A stretch of DNA of 64,000 nucleotides from an uncultured Planctomycetaceae bacterium (GCA_963815195.1 CAWFGE010000013.1:192001-256000); one strand, 5' to 3'; shown: positions 53,521 through 64,000, counted from the stretch's first letter. The notes: generated by a model from the letters alone, not told the origin. A program made the numbers and translations.

Positions 53521-53965
53521 TCTCCCCTCCTTTGCCGAAAACAGTTGTTGCGCGAGAAGTCGCTCGCTGAAAGCCGCGTCCGCGATCGGTGCCGGCTTCT
53601 GCTACGGAGGAGATGACGCAACACAAGCGGCCTCCCCTTTCCGATTGTCACACTCTAGCCAGGGTGCGCAAGACGGCCAATCCGAGAAATGACTGGAGTT
53701 TCCAATGCGACGGCCTCTAAGCGCTATAGGGGATGCCCGCACCGCCCTAATGCCACATCGCCTCTCTATGCCGCCAGACCGCAATTGAGCTGTGCCGGCC
53801 TATGATTCCATACCACCGGCGGGCTAAGCAAATCCCTTAAACCCCAGGACGATCTCCGCAGTTCAAAGCAGATGCTTTTAACGGATTGCGGATGTTTTTG
53901 CCCGCCCTATACTAGGCCACTATCGAGCTTCACCTCGACCAATCCTCAATACGAATTGCCTGTCG

Positions 53966-55033
53966 ATGAAATCCCAACCGAAGAAAACAGAGGCCGGGGC
54001 CCCGATCGGTAACCTGTATACGAGGCCCCTTGCCCGTTTCCTGTTGACACTAGGTCTCCTGCTCGCCGCTTTCGGATGGGCCTATTGGGATACGCTTGCG
54101 TCTTTAGTCCGGGCCTGGTCGAACCGGCCGGTTTACTCGCATGGTTTTTTTGTCGTGCCGTTTGCCGCGTGGCTCATGTGGCGGCGGTATCCATCGGAAG
54201 GCCAGATCGGAAAATCACAGGCGACCGGATTAATATTTCTAACAGGCGCCTTGGCCCTCAGATGGCTGGGAACACACTACTTCTACAATTACATCGGGGC
54301 GGTTTCCATTCTCCCCGCGGCTCTGGGAATGCTCTTGATCGCCGGCGGCTGGGCCGTCATGCGCTGGAGTTGGCCCGCCGTCCTGGTCCTCGGATTTATG
54401 CTGCCCCTGCCCTTTCAATTTGAAACCGCACTCCAGGGACCTTTAAGAAGCACAGGCACAAAAGCGACTGTCTACATCATGCAGTCCGCCGGGCTCGACG
54501 TCGTCGCCGAGGGCAATGTCATTGTCACCGAACAGATGCGCATGGGCGTCGAAGATGCGTGCAGCGGGCTGTCCATGTTGTTGACATTTCTGTTTCTCTC
54601 GACGGCTGTTGTGCTCGTGAGCCGGCGGTCCGCTTGGGAAAACGGGATTTTACTCGCGAGCGCTATTCCGATTGCTCTTCTATCCAATGTGCTGCGACTT
54701 ACAGCGATCGGCGTAATCTATAAATTCAATGAACCGGAACTGGCCGAGTTTGTGCATGAGTATGCGGCCTTCTTAATGATGCCCGCCGCGCTCGCCATGC
54801 TCTGGATGGAGACGGTCGTGTTGTCCCGGCTGCTCATTGTGGAACTACAAACGCCGATCGGAATGATGTGGGATCTCGGAGGCGTCCCCAAAGCGCCGGA
54901 CGGCTCTAGGGAACGCGCGGCGGGATCGACGACGAACCCGAAGGCCCGCGCTCCATCATCGACTCGTGAAGCCCAGGATGTCAAAAAGGAAACCTACCGA
55001 TGGCGCGCCAAAACAGTGAGAACACCGCGTTAA
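53966..55033 (+). CDS. Exosortase (EpsH family)
   Basis: YSHGFFVVP, about 8 TM segments, EGNVI, putative triad VEDACSG (Cys), NVLRL (Arg), FVHEY (His). Confidence 0.92.
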   Translation: MKSQPKKTEAGAPIGNLYTRPLARFLLTLGLLLAAFGWAYWDTLASLVRAWSNRPVYSHGFFVVPFAAWLMWRRYPSEGQIGKSQATGLIFLTGALALRWLGTHYFYNYIGAVSILPAALGMLLIAGGWAVMRWSWPAVLVLGFMLPLPFQFETALQGPLRSTGTKATVYIMQSAGLDVVAEGNVIVTEQMRMGVEDACSGLSMLLTFLFLSTAVVLVSRRSAWENGILLASAIPIALLSNVLRLTAIGVIYKFNEPELAEFVHEYAAFLMMPAALAMLWMETVVLSRLLIVELQTPIGMMWDLGGVPKAPDGSRERAAGSTTNPKARAPSSTREAQDVKKETYRWRAKTVRTPR

Positions 55034-57278
55034 TCCAGCGCGGCGATCGGGCCGTGGCGGCTTCCGGTGCGAAGAATCGGAAAGGCCTCGCGGCAGGATC
55101 GCGGTCCAACGCGGACGGCGAACAACCCAGTGAAGTCGCCGCGCTGCTCGGTTCCATCCGGCGGCGATGGCTGCTGATCGTCCTCCTTGCACTGCCCGTC
55201 AGTGCGCTGGGCGTTGCGCTCATTTGGTTTTTCATGGAACCGCCCTTCCAGGCGGTGGCGGAAATTCATATCCGCGAAGTGCCGGACCGCATCCTGTTCA
55301 AGACCGAAGACATCGGCGGATTCGATACCTATAAGCAGACCCAAATCCGGCTGGTGAAGAGCGTCTATGTCCTATCGGCCGCGCTGCGCCACCCGGAAGT
55401 GGGCCGGTTGTCGATGGTGCGGGAACAGGAGCATCCCGTCGATTGGCTGCAAGAGGAACTGAAAGTCGACAGCCCCGCCACCGAGTTCATTCGCATCAGT
55501 CTGGAAGGCGATCGGCCGGAGGAATTGGCCGCGATCGTCAACGCGACGTCCGAAGCGTATCAGGAAGAAGTCGTCAGCGCTGAGGACAAGCGGAAGCAGA
55601 ACCGATTGAACGAGCTGCGAAAGGTGGAAAGCCGCATCGAAGACGATCTCCGCGAGAAGCGAAAGGAAATGCAAGTGCTTGCGAAGGCATTGAGCACGAC
55701 GGATTCAAAAACCCTCAGCACTCGGCAACAACTGGCGACCGAGTACTTCGGCCAGCTCGGCGCGAGCACGCGCAAATTCGGTTCGAGTTGATGCGGATCC
55801 AAGCCCGGCTCGCCGCCAAACGGCCCAAGGGAGAAGCCGCCGCGGACGTGGAAATCGATCCCAAACTGGTCGAGGCACAACTCGAAGACGACCCGGAAAT
55901 CCAAAAGCAGAAGCGGCATCGACGGCAATTTGACAGCATGATTCGGGCGATGAAAAAGCAGTTCAACTCGGACCGGCATCCCGCCGTCATCGAAGCCGAA
56001 TCGCAATTCGCCGAGATGGAAGCCGAACTGGACGGCCTCCGCCAGAAACTCAAGCCCCTCGTGGAAGAAGAGCTGCGCCAACAGAGGCTGAAAGACCAGA
56101 CCGCGAGCGTCTCGGAGCTGAAACACCAGGCGGAAGTGCTGACGTCGCAGTTTGAATCGATCGAAAAGGAACTCGACGCCCAAAAAGTGGAAAGCCACGA
56201 AATCGGACTTTCCTCCTATCAATTGGAAGTCCAGAAGCAGCGCATCGCCGAAACCGAAGAGATGGCGGACCAAATCAAACAGCGGATTCGGCAGATCGAG
56301 GTGGAGTTGGACGCCCAGCCGCGGGTCGATGTCTTCCACAAGGCCGAGGTGCCGCATACGCCCATGGTGGCCCGCAAGATCAAGCTGATGGCGGTCGCGG
56401 GGCTGGGAGGATTCGGCCTCGTCGCCAGCTTGATCTTATGGCTCGATTTGCTCTCCAATCGGATCAGCAGCATCGTGGAAGTCGTTCACGGATTGAAGCT
56501 TCCGATCTTGGGAACGTTGCCGATTATGCCCCGCGGCCTGATCCAGGGCCAAAACACCAAAAAAAGCGGACGCCCGCAAGCGCTCCTGGGCCTCTGGAAG
56601 GAATCGATCGATTCCACGCGGGCGATGTTGCTCAGCCAGACGGCAACGCGCGGGCATCGCGAGCATCAGACAATCATGGTGACAAGCGCCATGAGCGGCG
56701 AGGGCAAGACGACCTTGGCCTGCCACCTGGCGATCAGCCTCGCGCAATCGGGGCGAAAAACATTATTGATCGACGCCGACCTCCGCCGGCCCGCGATTCA
56801 CCAGGTCTTCGGCATTCCCGGCAGCCCGGGATTGAGCGATGTCCTTCGCCAAAAAGCGGATTTGGCGCACGTCATCCAACGCCATTCGATCAAAGGCTTC
56901 TCGATCTTGCCCGCCGGCGAGGTCGATCCACAGGCTCTGCAAATGCTCGCGGCGGACGCGGCGGGGCCTCTGCTGAAAGAACTTCGCGCGGACTATGATT
57001 TTATTGTCGTGGACTCGGCTCCCGTGCTGCCGGTGACCGATGCCTTGATGATCGGACCTCACGCGGACGGGGCGCTCTTCGCCGTCCGCCGCGATGTCAG
57101 CCGGCGCCGCAAGATTTCGTCCGCCTGCGAGCGATTGGAGCGAGTCGGCATCTCGCTGTTGGGGGCGGTCGTCATTGGCCTCGATTCGCAAGAACCCGCC
57201 GATCGATACACGCCGTATGCGTCTCAATATGTGGAGCCGGAATTCGTCACTCGGCCGACCGCGCCGGCGGAGAGTTAA
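55000..57278 (+). CDS. wzc: Wzc-like polysaccharide co-polymerase / tyrosine autokinase (frameshift near 55760)
   Basis: Two TMs around a coiled coil; VTSAMSGEGKTT, LLIDADLRRP, YDFIVVDSAPVL; C-terminal Tyr cluster RYTPYASQY. Confidence 0.88.
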
Positions 57279-57351
57279 CCACCCGCCTCAACTCGTTTGT
57301 TTTCCAATCCGAAGAGCGGCTAAAGCCACCACGAACTCCAGGGCCAATCCC

Positions 57352-58056
57352 ATGCAGAACGCAGCCATCCCCATCGCCGCCTGTTTACTCATCGTTGCCG
57401 CGGGCTTTCAGCATCGGCACCAAAACCATCGAGAAGTCCAGAACGCGGAGCGGATTCAACAAGCCGCGGAAACGCTAAAGCATGCGATCCCCCTGCAAAT
57501 CGGCGACTGGTCGGGCACCGATCTTTCCATCGACCGGCGGGAATTGCAAGTGGCCGAGATCGCCGGCTGCGTCTCGCGAAACTATGCCCACCAGGTGACA
57601 GGCGAAGTCACGCAGATCGTCCTGATGTGCGGCGCCCCGGGCCCCATTTCCGTTCACACTCCCGACGTCTGTTTCAAGGGCAACGGCTATAAGATGGTCA
57701 GCCAGCCAAAGCGCATCACAGTCGAACCCGCCGGCGGCCCGGCGGCCGAGTTCTGGTGGGCCGATTTCCAGAGAAGCGCCGCCGGCCAAGTCACCGTGCT
57801 CCGCACATTCTGGTCTTGGAGGGGCGGTGACAAGTGGCGGGTCTCGGATCATCCCCGCTTCGAGTTTGCTCAGAGCCCCGTTCTTTACAAGTTATATGTC
57901 GCCTACCCCCTCGACCGATCCGCCGCGACATCGGTCGACACGCCGGATACGAAGTTTCTTATATTCCTGCTTCGAGAATTGGAAAGAGATCAGGCCTCGC
58001 AGACGCTTCCGAGTTCTGAAGACGAACCGAGATTGACGGAAGTCGCCCCTGCCTGA
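57352..58056 (+). CDS. epsI: Exosortase-associated EpsI family protein
   Basis: IPLQIGDWSG, SRNY, SVHTPDVCFKGNGY, TFWSW, LYKLYV. Confidence 0.82.
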   Translation: MQNAAIPIAACLLIVAAGFQHRHQNHREVQNAERIQQAAETLKHAIPLQIGDWSGTDLSIDRRELQVAEIAGCVSRNYAHQVTGEVTQIVLMCGAPGPISVHTPDVCFKGNGYKMVSQPKRITVEPAGGPAAEFWWADFQRSAAGQVTVLRTFWSWRGGDKWRVSDHPRFEFAQSPVLYKLYVAYPLDRSAATSVDTPDTKFLIFLLRELERDQASQTLPSSEDEPRLTEVAPA

Positions 58057-58109
58057 TGGACTTGCCCCGATTGAACCGCTTTTTTCGCATTGATGATTTT
58101 GGAGCCCCC

Positions 58110-59030
58110 ATGAAAACGATCCAAATGGCTTCCCGCCCGTTCCGAGGTTCCGAGGAACGTCCCGCCCGAACCGCGTCGGTTCACGTCCATCCCGAAGCAT
58201 TGGATCCGACCGCCAGCCTCCACGGTTGGTATGTTCCCCTCAAAGCGGTTGTGGATTGGATTGCCGCGGCTGTTTTAATGGTCTTGGCTATCCCGATCAT
58301 CTTCGTGTGCGCCGCCGCGGTCGCGCTCACGTCGCGCGGACCGGCGTTTTATTGCCAGCGCCGCGTCGGCAAAGGCGGGCGGGAGTTTACGCTCATCAAG
58401 CTCCGCACCATGTGTGTGGATGCGGAATCCGCGACCGGGCCGGTCTGGAGTGCGGCCGCCGACCCGCGGGTGACTCCGGTCGGCCGCTTCCTGCGGGACA
58501 CGCACCTCGACGAATTGCCGCAGTTGATCAACGTCCTGCTGGGCCACATGAGCCTTGTCGGCCCGCGGCCGGAACGACCGGTGTTCGTGGTGCGGCTCAT
58601 CGAAGAAATCCCGTTTTATGAAGAGCGGATTAAAGTTCGCCCGGGCATCACCGGACTTTCGCAAATGCGGCTCCCGCCCGACACCGACCTGGAGAGCGTC
58701 CGCAAAAAACTCATGCACGACCTGTATTATGTCAAGCACGCTTCTCCGTGGCTCGATCTTAAGATCCTGGGCTATACATTCTCGGAACTTTTGTATTCGA
58801 TGGCCGCATCCCTTTGTGCATTCTTCATGCTGCCGGCGCGGGAGATCGTCGAGAAGGATTTTCATTGGCTCGTCCATCAAGACTTCGGAACGACTTTGTT
58901 CGAGGAAGACGACGGCGAGGACCTTTATCAATCTCCCGCGGAGCAGGACACGAGGCCGTTAGCGAAGATCACGCCCGATCGTGTTCAAGCACCCATTTCA
59001 CGGCGTGTTGAATCAGTTGATTGCCGTTGA
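58110..59030 (+). CDS. Bacterial sugar transferase (priming glycosyl-1-phosphate transferase)
   Basis: TSRGPAFYCQRRVG, KLRTM, DPRVTPVGRFLRDTHLDELPQL, MSLVGPRPERP, RPGITGLSQ, DLYYV. Confidence 0.93.
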   Translation: MKTIQMASRPFRGSEERPARTASVHVHPEALDPTASLHGWYVPLKAVVDWIAAAVLMVLAIPIIFVCAAAVALTSRGPAFYCQRRVGKGGREFTLIKLRTMCVDAESATGPVWSAAADPRVTPVGRFLRDTHLDELPQLINVLLGHMSLVGPRPERPVFVVRLIEEIPFYEERIKVRPGITGLSQMRLPPDTDLESVRKKLMHDLYYVKHASPWLDLKILGYTFSELLYSMAASLCAFFMLPAREIVEKDFHWLVHQDFGTTLFEEDDGEDLYQSPAEQDTRPLAKITPDRVQAPISRRVESVDCR

Positions 59031-59643
59031 TCAATCCCAGTTTCCGTTTGATCTTTTCGCGATAGGTTTCGACGGTTTTTTGTTTCAATTCCATCTGCCT
59101 GGCAATTTCCGAGGACGTTAATCCATGCCCGAGCCACTCGAAAACCTCCAACTCGCGGTCGGACAACGAATGGAGCCAGGATTTTTGCGTCTCGGATTCC
59201 ACCTGGGCGGCGCGGATGATCAGCCGCTCCGTCATGGTGTTGCTCAAGTAGATGCGTCCCGAAAGAACAGTCATCACCGCCGTAACAAGGTTCTTGGCCG
59301 GTTCTTGCTTTTGCACATAGGCCGATGCTCCGCATCTGAGCGAGCGATCGGCATAAAGGATTTCATCATGAAAGGAGTAGACTAACACTTTGCTTTCCGG
59401 AGAGATTCGCCGGATTTCCGTGGTCAGGTCCAGCCCGCTGCCATCCATGAGCGTGATGTCCACGATGGCGAGGTCGGGCCGGCATTGCTTTACGAGCTCG
59501 AGCGTCTCCTCAGAATTGGATGCTTCGCCGCAGATCTCAATTTCCTTGTGATCTGCGAACAATTGGATGATTCCAGCGCGGATCATATCGTGATCGTCAA
59601 CAACGAGGACCCGCCGTCTTCTTGATGTCGTTGTGTTGGACAT
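58969..59643 (-). CDS. NarL/LuxR family response regulator
   Basis: VLVVDDHDMIRAG, PDLAIVDITL, GASAYVQK, LSDRELEVF, KTVETYREKIKRKL; TAAGGAG RBS. Confidence 0.93.
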   Translation of the reverse strand: MSNTTTSRRRRVLVVDDHDMIRAGIIQLFADHKEIEICGEASNSEETLELVKQCRPDLAIVDITLMDGSGLDLTTEIRRISPESKVLVYSFHDEILYADRSLRCGASAYVQKQEPAKNLVTAVMTVLSGRIYLSNTMTERLIIRAAQVESETQKSWLHSLSDRELEVFEWLGHGLTSSEIARQMELKQKTVETYREKIKRKLGLINGNQLIQHAVKWVLEHDRA

Positions 59644-60377
59644 TAATGTCTCCTTACGCGTCAAATGCTAGGGATGACCCGGGGATTCAACGGCCTCATT
59701 GCGGAGAATAAAACGGAGAAGCCGCTAAATCATTCACCGGTGAGACCGAGGACATTCATCAACATAAATTAGGTAAGCTCAATCAAATTTCTTGGAGCGG
59801 CTGAATCCCCTCTCAGAATGATTTTGCCCAGATTATCCCGTCCAGGCGAAGAAGTATATGGTGTGTTGATCTGGAAATCGACTCAGGAATTATCGGGCGG
59901 AAAAACGCCAAAAGTGCGCGGCGGACATTCACCCACATCGCCGCGCGGAGGGAACTCATGTTCGCAAAGGCATCGCTCTGATCCTAAGTGTGTTTCTCAT
60001 GCAAGGTTCTATGGATGTTCCACCTAGGCAAAACACCTTGTCGGCAGACCTGACATAGGCCGACATGCTGGGACGAACCCACGGATTTCTCGGAAGACAT
60101 CGAATCAAGATTACAGAAAAAATCCGACCCGAGATGTGTTTGTTTTCGTAAGAATCGGACACGGTTTGGCAATCCGATTACGGGTGGCACATCCCTGAGT
60201 GCGGCCGCGCGGAGCCCACCTCCCCGGTCTCCAGCGTTCGTTCCTCAGGGTGTGCCCCCAATCGGCCGGCTCATAAGGCCCAAGTTCGCCGCGCTCAGGT
60301 TAAGCGCGGACCATTGGCGGCGTCGAACGACGGGTTCAAGCGATTGGCAGATCGGCTTGGAAAACATTGCCGCGCTG

Positions 60378-61694
60378 TCAGTATGACATTTCGGAATTCC
60401 GGGAGCGGGACGAGCTCACTCGGTTCTCAAACCGGGTGTCGCTTTTGGTTCTCCACGGAAGAAGCGGGCGGACAACACCGGGCAACGGGCGGTCGTAGTC
60501 GCCGCGGGCGGTGTCTCCGGCGTAATCGTCGTACACATGAAACGCGACGACGTGCGGTTCGGAAACGTGAATCTTTTCCGGCCGGGGAGTGGAGACGGTC
60601 GCCTTCACCGCGACCCGTCCTTCGGCAAAGAAGTTTCCGGGCAGCGTGACGACGCTGGTGTAGGTGCCCGCGGGACGGGGCTTTCGCCGCCACGCCGGGT
60701 CGTTGTCGATGGTGATGAGGATGCACGTGCCGTCCTCATTGTACAAGTGGAAATCGGGGACCAGTTCGTAGTTCGGCGAGAGGACTTCGTACTCCATTTC
60801 GAGTTGAACCTTCGCACGAATATCGACCACGTCGTCGACGGGGCCGTTCTCTGTCGAGACTCCCACGCGGCGCAACCGCACGACTTCGTTGCCGGGGGCG
60901 GTCTGAAGATCATCCCAGCGGCGAAGGGCAAGCGTCTCTGCGCCGGATTGGGCATACCGGTCGACGACCTCTTGCGGCGTCGCATCCAATATGAGCCGGC
61001 CTTCTTCCAGGAGGAGAGCCCGGGAACACAGGCGGACGACGGTCGGCATGTTGTGACTGATGAACAACACGGTGCGTCCTTCGCCGGCGACATCCTGCAT
61101 TTTGCCCAGGCATTTCTTTTGAAAGGCCATGTCGCCCACCGCGAGCACCTCGTCCACAATGAGGATTTCCGGTTCCAAATGCGCCGCGACCGCAAAGGCC
61201 AGGCGAACATACATCCCGCTGGAATACCGCTTCACCGGCGTGTCCAAAAACTTCTCCACCCCGGAGAAATCCACGATCGCGTCGAAGTGCCGCTCGATTT
61301 CCCGCCGCTTCATGCCCAGAATGGAGCCGTTGAGGTAGATGTTTTCCCGGCCTGTCAACTCTTTGTGAAACCCGGTCCCGACCTCAAGCAGGCTGCCGGT
61401 CCGGCCATAGAGATCGACAACCCCGGTGGTCGGCTCGGTGATGCGGGACAGGATTTTGAGCAACGTGCTCTTGCCGGCACCGTTGCGGCCGACGATTCCC
61501 ACAACCTCGCCGCGCTTCACATCAAAATTGACATCCCGAAGCGCCCAGAAGGTCTCCGATTCCTCGCGCTCGAAGGGATGGCACACGCGGTGCAGGAGCG
61601 CTTCGACGAGCGTCACATGTTCCCGGCTCTTATGCACGATCCGGTAGTTCTTGCCCAGTTCCCGAATGGAGACGGCCAATTCACTAGATGGCAT
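60378..61694 (-). CDS. wzt: Polysaccharide ABC exporter ATP-binding subunit with Wzt C-terminal domain
   Basis: GRNGAGKSTLLK, LLEVGTGFH, YSSGMYVRLAFAVA, ILIVDEVLAVGD. Confidence 0.92.
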   Translation of the reverse strand: MPSSELAVSIRELGKNYRIVHKSREHVTLVEALLHRVCHPFEREESETFWALRDVNFDVKRGEVVGIVGRNGAGKSTLLKILSRITEPTTGVVDLYGRTGSLLEVGTGFHKELTGRENIYLNGSILGMKRREIERHFDAIVDFSGVEKFLDTPVKRYSSGMYVRLAFAVAAHLEPEILIVDEVLAVGDMAFQKKCLGKMQDVAGEGRTVLFISHNMPTVVRLCSRALLLEEGRLILDATPQEVVDRYAQSGAETLALRRWDDLQTAPGNEVVRLRRVGVSTENGPVDDVVDIRAKVQLEMEYEVLSPNYELVPDFHLYNEDGTCILITIDNDPAWRRKPRPAGTYTSVVTLPGNFFAEGRVAVKATVSTPRPEKIHVSEPHVVAFHVYDDYAGDTARGDYDRPLPGVVRPLLPWRTKSDTRFENRVSSSRSRNSEMSY

Positions 61695-62548
61695 CCACGA
61701 ACCCCCTTTCAAGCCGTTTGAAGAACAACGCGGCGAACAGCATCCCCCCGACCGCGAGGCCGCAGGAATAGGCCAGAAACTCCATTTGGGGCGGGCGCGT
61801 TCCCAACAACGACCAGCGAAACGCCTCCAACAGCGCCGCGAGCGGGTTGAGATAATAAAACGGGCGATATTCCGCGGGCACTTCCGAAACCGCGTAGGCG
61901 ACCGGACTCAGATAGAGCAGCATTTGAATGAACACGGGCAGGATGTGCTTTACGTCCCGGTAATAAACCGCGAGCGACGAGAGGATCAAACCGAGGCTGG
62001 TGCCGAGCATCACCACCATCCCCACCCACACCGGCAAGAGCAGCAGCGCCCAGGTGGGCTGGACCTGATAGCCGACCAACAGGACCGCCATGAGCACCAC
62101 GGCCACCGCGAAATCGACGAGATTGGAAGGCACGGTGGAGAGCGTCAACGCCAGGCGGGGGAAATAGACTTTGGAGACCAGATCGCCGTTCTCGACGATG
62201 CACAAACTGGCCTGTGAGACCAGTCCCTGAAATAACTTCCAGCCGAGCAGACCGGCGAATGAGAACAAAAAGTAGGGTTGCCCGTCGCTTTCCATCCCGG
62301 CGACCGTGCCGAAGACAAACGAGAAAATCCCGGCGGCCAATAACGGCTGCAAAACGACCCAGATGATGCCCAGGGCGGTCTGTTTGTAGCGGAGCTTCAA
62401 ATCGCGGGCCGCCAAGGTGAGCAGCACCTCCCGGTAAATCCAAAGCTCGCGCAGATTGAGCGCCGGACCATCCGCGGCGCGGCTGGAGGGTCATGTAGGG
62501 TTTCTGGACCGCGGGGCCGGCCCGTCCATTTTTCTCGATGGTTGACAT
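61684..62548 (-). CDS. wzm: Polysaccharide ABC exporter permease (frameshift near 62465)
   Basis: LRELWIYRE, RDLKLRYKQTALG, LVSKVYFPR, YRDV, LNPL, FFKRLERGFVDAI. Confidence 0.9.
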
Positions 62549-63059
62549 CCGAAAAAATCACTCGCAAAAGTCGGGAGAAAATCGCAGAATCCCTCGGCCG
62601 AGGCGCGGGGGATCCGCCCGGTGTCTGATTAGACCGAATGCCGGGGACAAGAAACATCAGTCTTCTTGTGCGAAATCCGAAGGGGTCACGCGGTTCGGGG
62701 CATAGAGGCCGCACTATGAACCAATGAGGGAATTCTCTGTTTTCATTTTTGGGAAAAAAATCCACGAGGCCCCAAAAGGCATGGCCAGATTGTTTCCCTG
62801 AAACTACTATGGCAAAAATACCAGTCCACCCACAGAACCTGACCCGGACCCTTAAGGAGCCTCCCTAGAAGCGGATTCGTAATAACTCCCGCCCGGTAAT
62901 TTTTTCCACGTCAAGTCTCGCCTTCCCGCCGCGAGTTTCTCTCGCCATTCACCGAAGAATGGCAGACGGCTCTGAAAAGTCCATAGTCCGCGATCCTTTG
63001 TGGTCGATGGAACCGATCATCCTCCCTTCCCTTCTTTGAGCCACAAAACGGAGTTGCCC

Positions 63060-64000
63060 ATGTTTCTCGGAAAGCACTTCTTCTCCGCCTTTCTCCACCG
63101 TGTAAATCGCCGCCTCTCGCCGCCTTTCAAAAAAAATTCCTCGAAGACGCTCCCGCCGTTCCCGGTGGAATTTCGCGAACCCCGTTGCAGCCGAGTTTTT
63201 AGAAAACCGTACACTGCTTACTTCCCCGGCACCCGACGTGCTGTATGTCGATGTGAACGGCGACAATGCCGGCGACGGGTCGCCGGAGCATCCCTGGCAA
63301 ACGCTGCAATACGCCGCGGACCATGTGGGGGTGGGGGACACGGTCATCGTGCGCCCGGGATTTATGCCGGCTTCGATCTCCGCACCGACGGAACCGCCGA
63401 CCAGCGGATCACGTTCGACGCCGATCCCGGAGTGATCATCAACCGGCAAAACTCGAAGACCGCCGACGGAATCAATCTCGAGGGGGCCGATTATGTCACG
63501 GTCGAAGGCTTTCAGGTCGTCGGCGTTCCGCGGGCGGGGATTCGCTCCGTCGTCAATCACGATGTCATCATCCGGGACAACGTGGTCGACCAGAACGGCG
63601 TCTGGGGCATTTTCACGGCTTTCAGCGACGATCTTTTGATTGAAGACAACGTCGCCAGCCGGTCCGTCAAGCAGCACGGCATTTACGTTTCCAACAGCGG
63701 AGACCGCCCCGTCATTCGCAGAAACGAGGTCTGGGGCAACTACCAAAACGGCATCCACATGAATGGAGACATCAACTCCGGCGGCGACGGGATCATCACC
63801 GGAGCCGTGGTCGAGCAGAATATCATCCACGACAACGGCCTGGGCGGAGGCTCGGCCATCAACTGCGACGGCGTCCAAGACTCGCTCGTTCGAAACAACG
63901 TGCTCTCCAACAATCACGGGTCGGGCATCGCGCTTTACCGCATCGACGGCGGAGGCGGTTCGAGCGGCAACACCATCATCAATAACACGGTCGTCCAGGC
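63060..64000 (+). CDS. Right-handed parallel beta-helix extracellular protein, partial (frameshifts near 63120 and 63362)
   Basis: GGAG RBS + ATG 63060; Arg-rich leader and EFLENRTLL (Planctomycete extracellular signature); YVD..GDGSPEHPWQTLQYAAD; repeats QHGIYVSN, NGIHMNGD, NIIHDNG; runs off the window. Confidence 0.8.
   Translation, partial: MFLGKHFFSAFLHRVNRRLSPPFKKNSSKTLPPFPVEFREPRCSRVFRKPYTAYFPGTRRAVCRCERRQCRRRVAGASLANAAIRRGPCGGGGHGHRAPGIYAGFDLRTDGTADQRITFDADPGVIINRQNSKTADGINLEGADYVTVEGFQVVGVPRAGIRSVVNHDVIIRDNVVDQNGVWGIFTAFSDDLLIEDNVASRSVKQHGIYVSNSGDRPVIRRNEVWGNYQNGIHMNGDINSGGDGIITGAVVEQNIIHDNGLGGGSAINCDGVQDSLVRNNVLSNNHGSGIALYRIDGGGGSSGNTIINNTVVQ

Noticed and set aside
53521..53965. glmS ribozyme upstream of glmS
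   Set aside because: Could not find the AGCGCC / GACGAGG core on the minus strand.
59644..60377. Possible ncRNA or small gene in the 730-bp gap between LuxR and wzt
   Set aside because: Only short hairpins and weak ORFs without RBS or codon bias; nothing supportable.

Overview
A GC-rich bacterial window whose protein signatures and REP-like repeats point to a Planctomycete. About 15 one-to-two-base frameshifts split otherwise intact genes, which looks like long-read assembly error. Contents from start to end: (1) a small lipoprotein, pyrD, trpS and a membrane protein; (2) tRNA-Lys(TTT) with a sigma70-like promoter and terminator; (3) a decayed islet with an aldo/keto reductase and a sulfatase pseudogene split by a 407-bp AT-rich insert; (4) a BlaI-BlaR1(M56) pair followed by an unusual secretin-like/CpaC-N/BON/trypsin-protease fusion; (5) a phosphate acyltransferase with a pseudo-receiver protein, a Met-rich exported protein, pyc, mgtE, lactate permease and an HpcH aldolase; (6) a sigma54-preceded BON + degenerate FHA pair converging on a degenerate GGDEF protein; (7) a sigma54-preceded circularly permuted ATP-grasp/alpha-E/transglutaminase-DUF2126 operon; (8) a CXXC-less TlpA-like lipoprotein, Planctomycete-type envelope genes, a TPR protein, glycerate kinase and a hydrolase; (9) a large exosortase/PEP-CTERM/EPS locus (PEP-CTERM protein, giant TPR, GlmU-like, glmS | exosortase, wzc, epsI, sugar transferase, LuxR regulator, wzt/wzm, beta-helix protein). 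All family calls come from motif recognition by eye; no database search was run.
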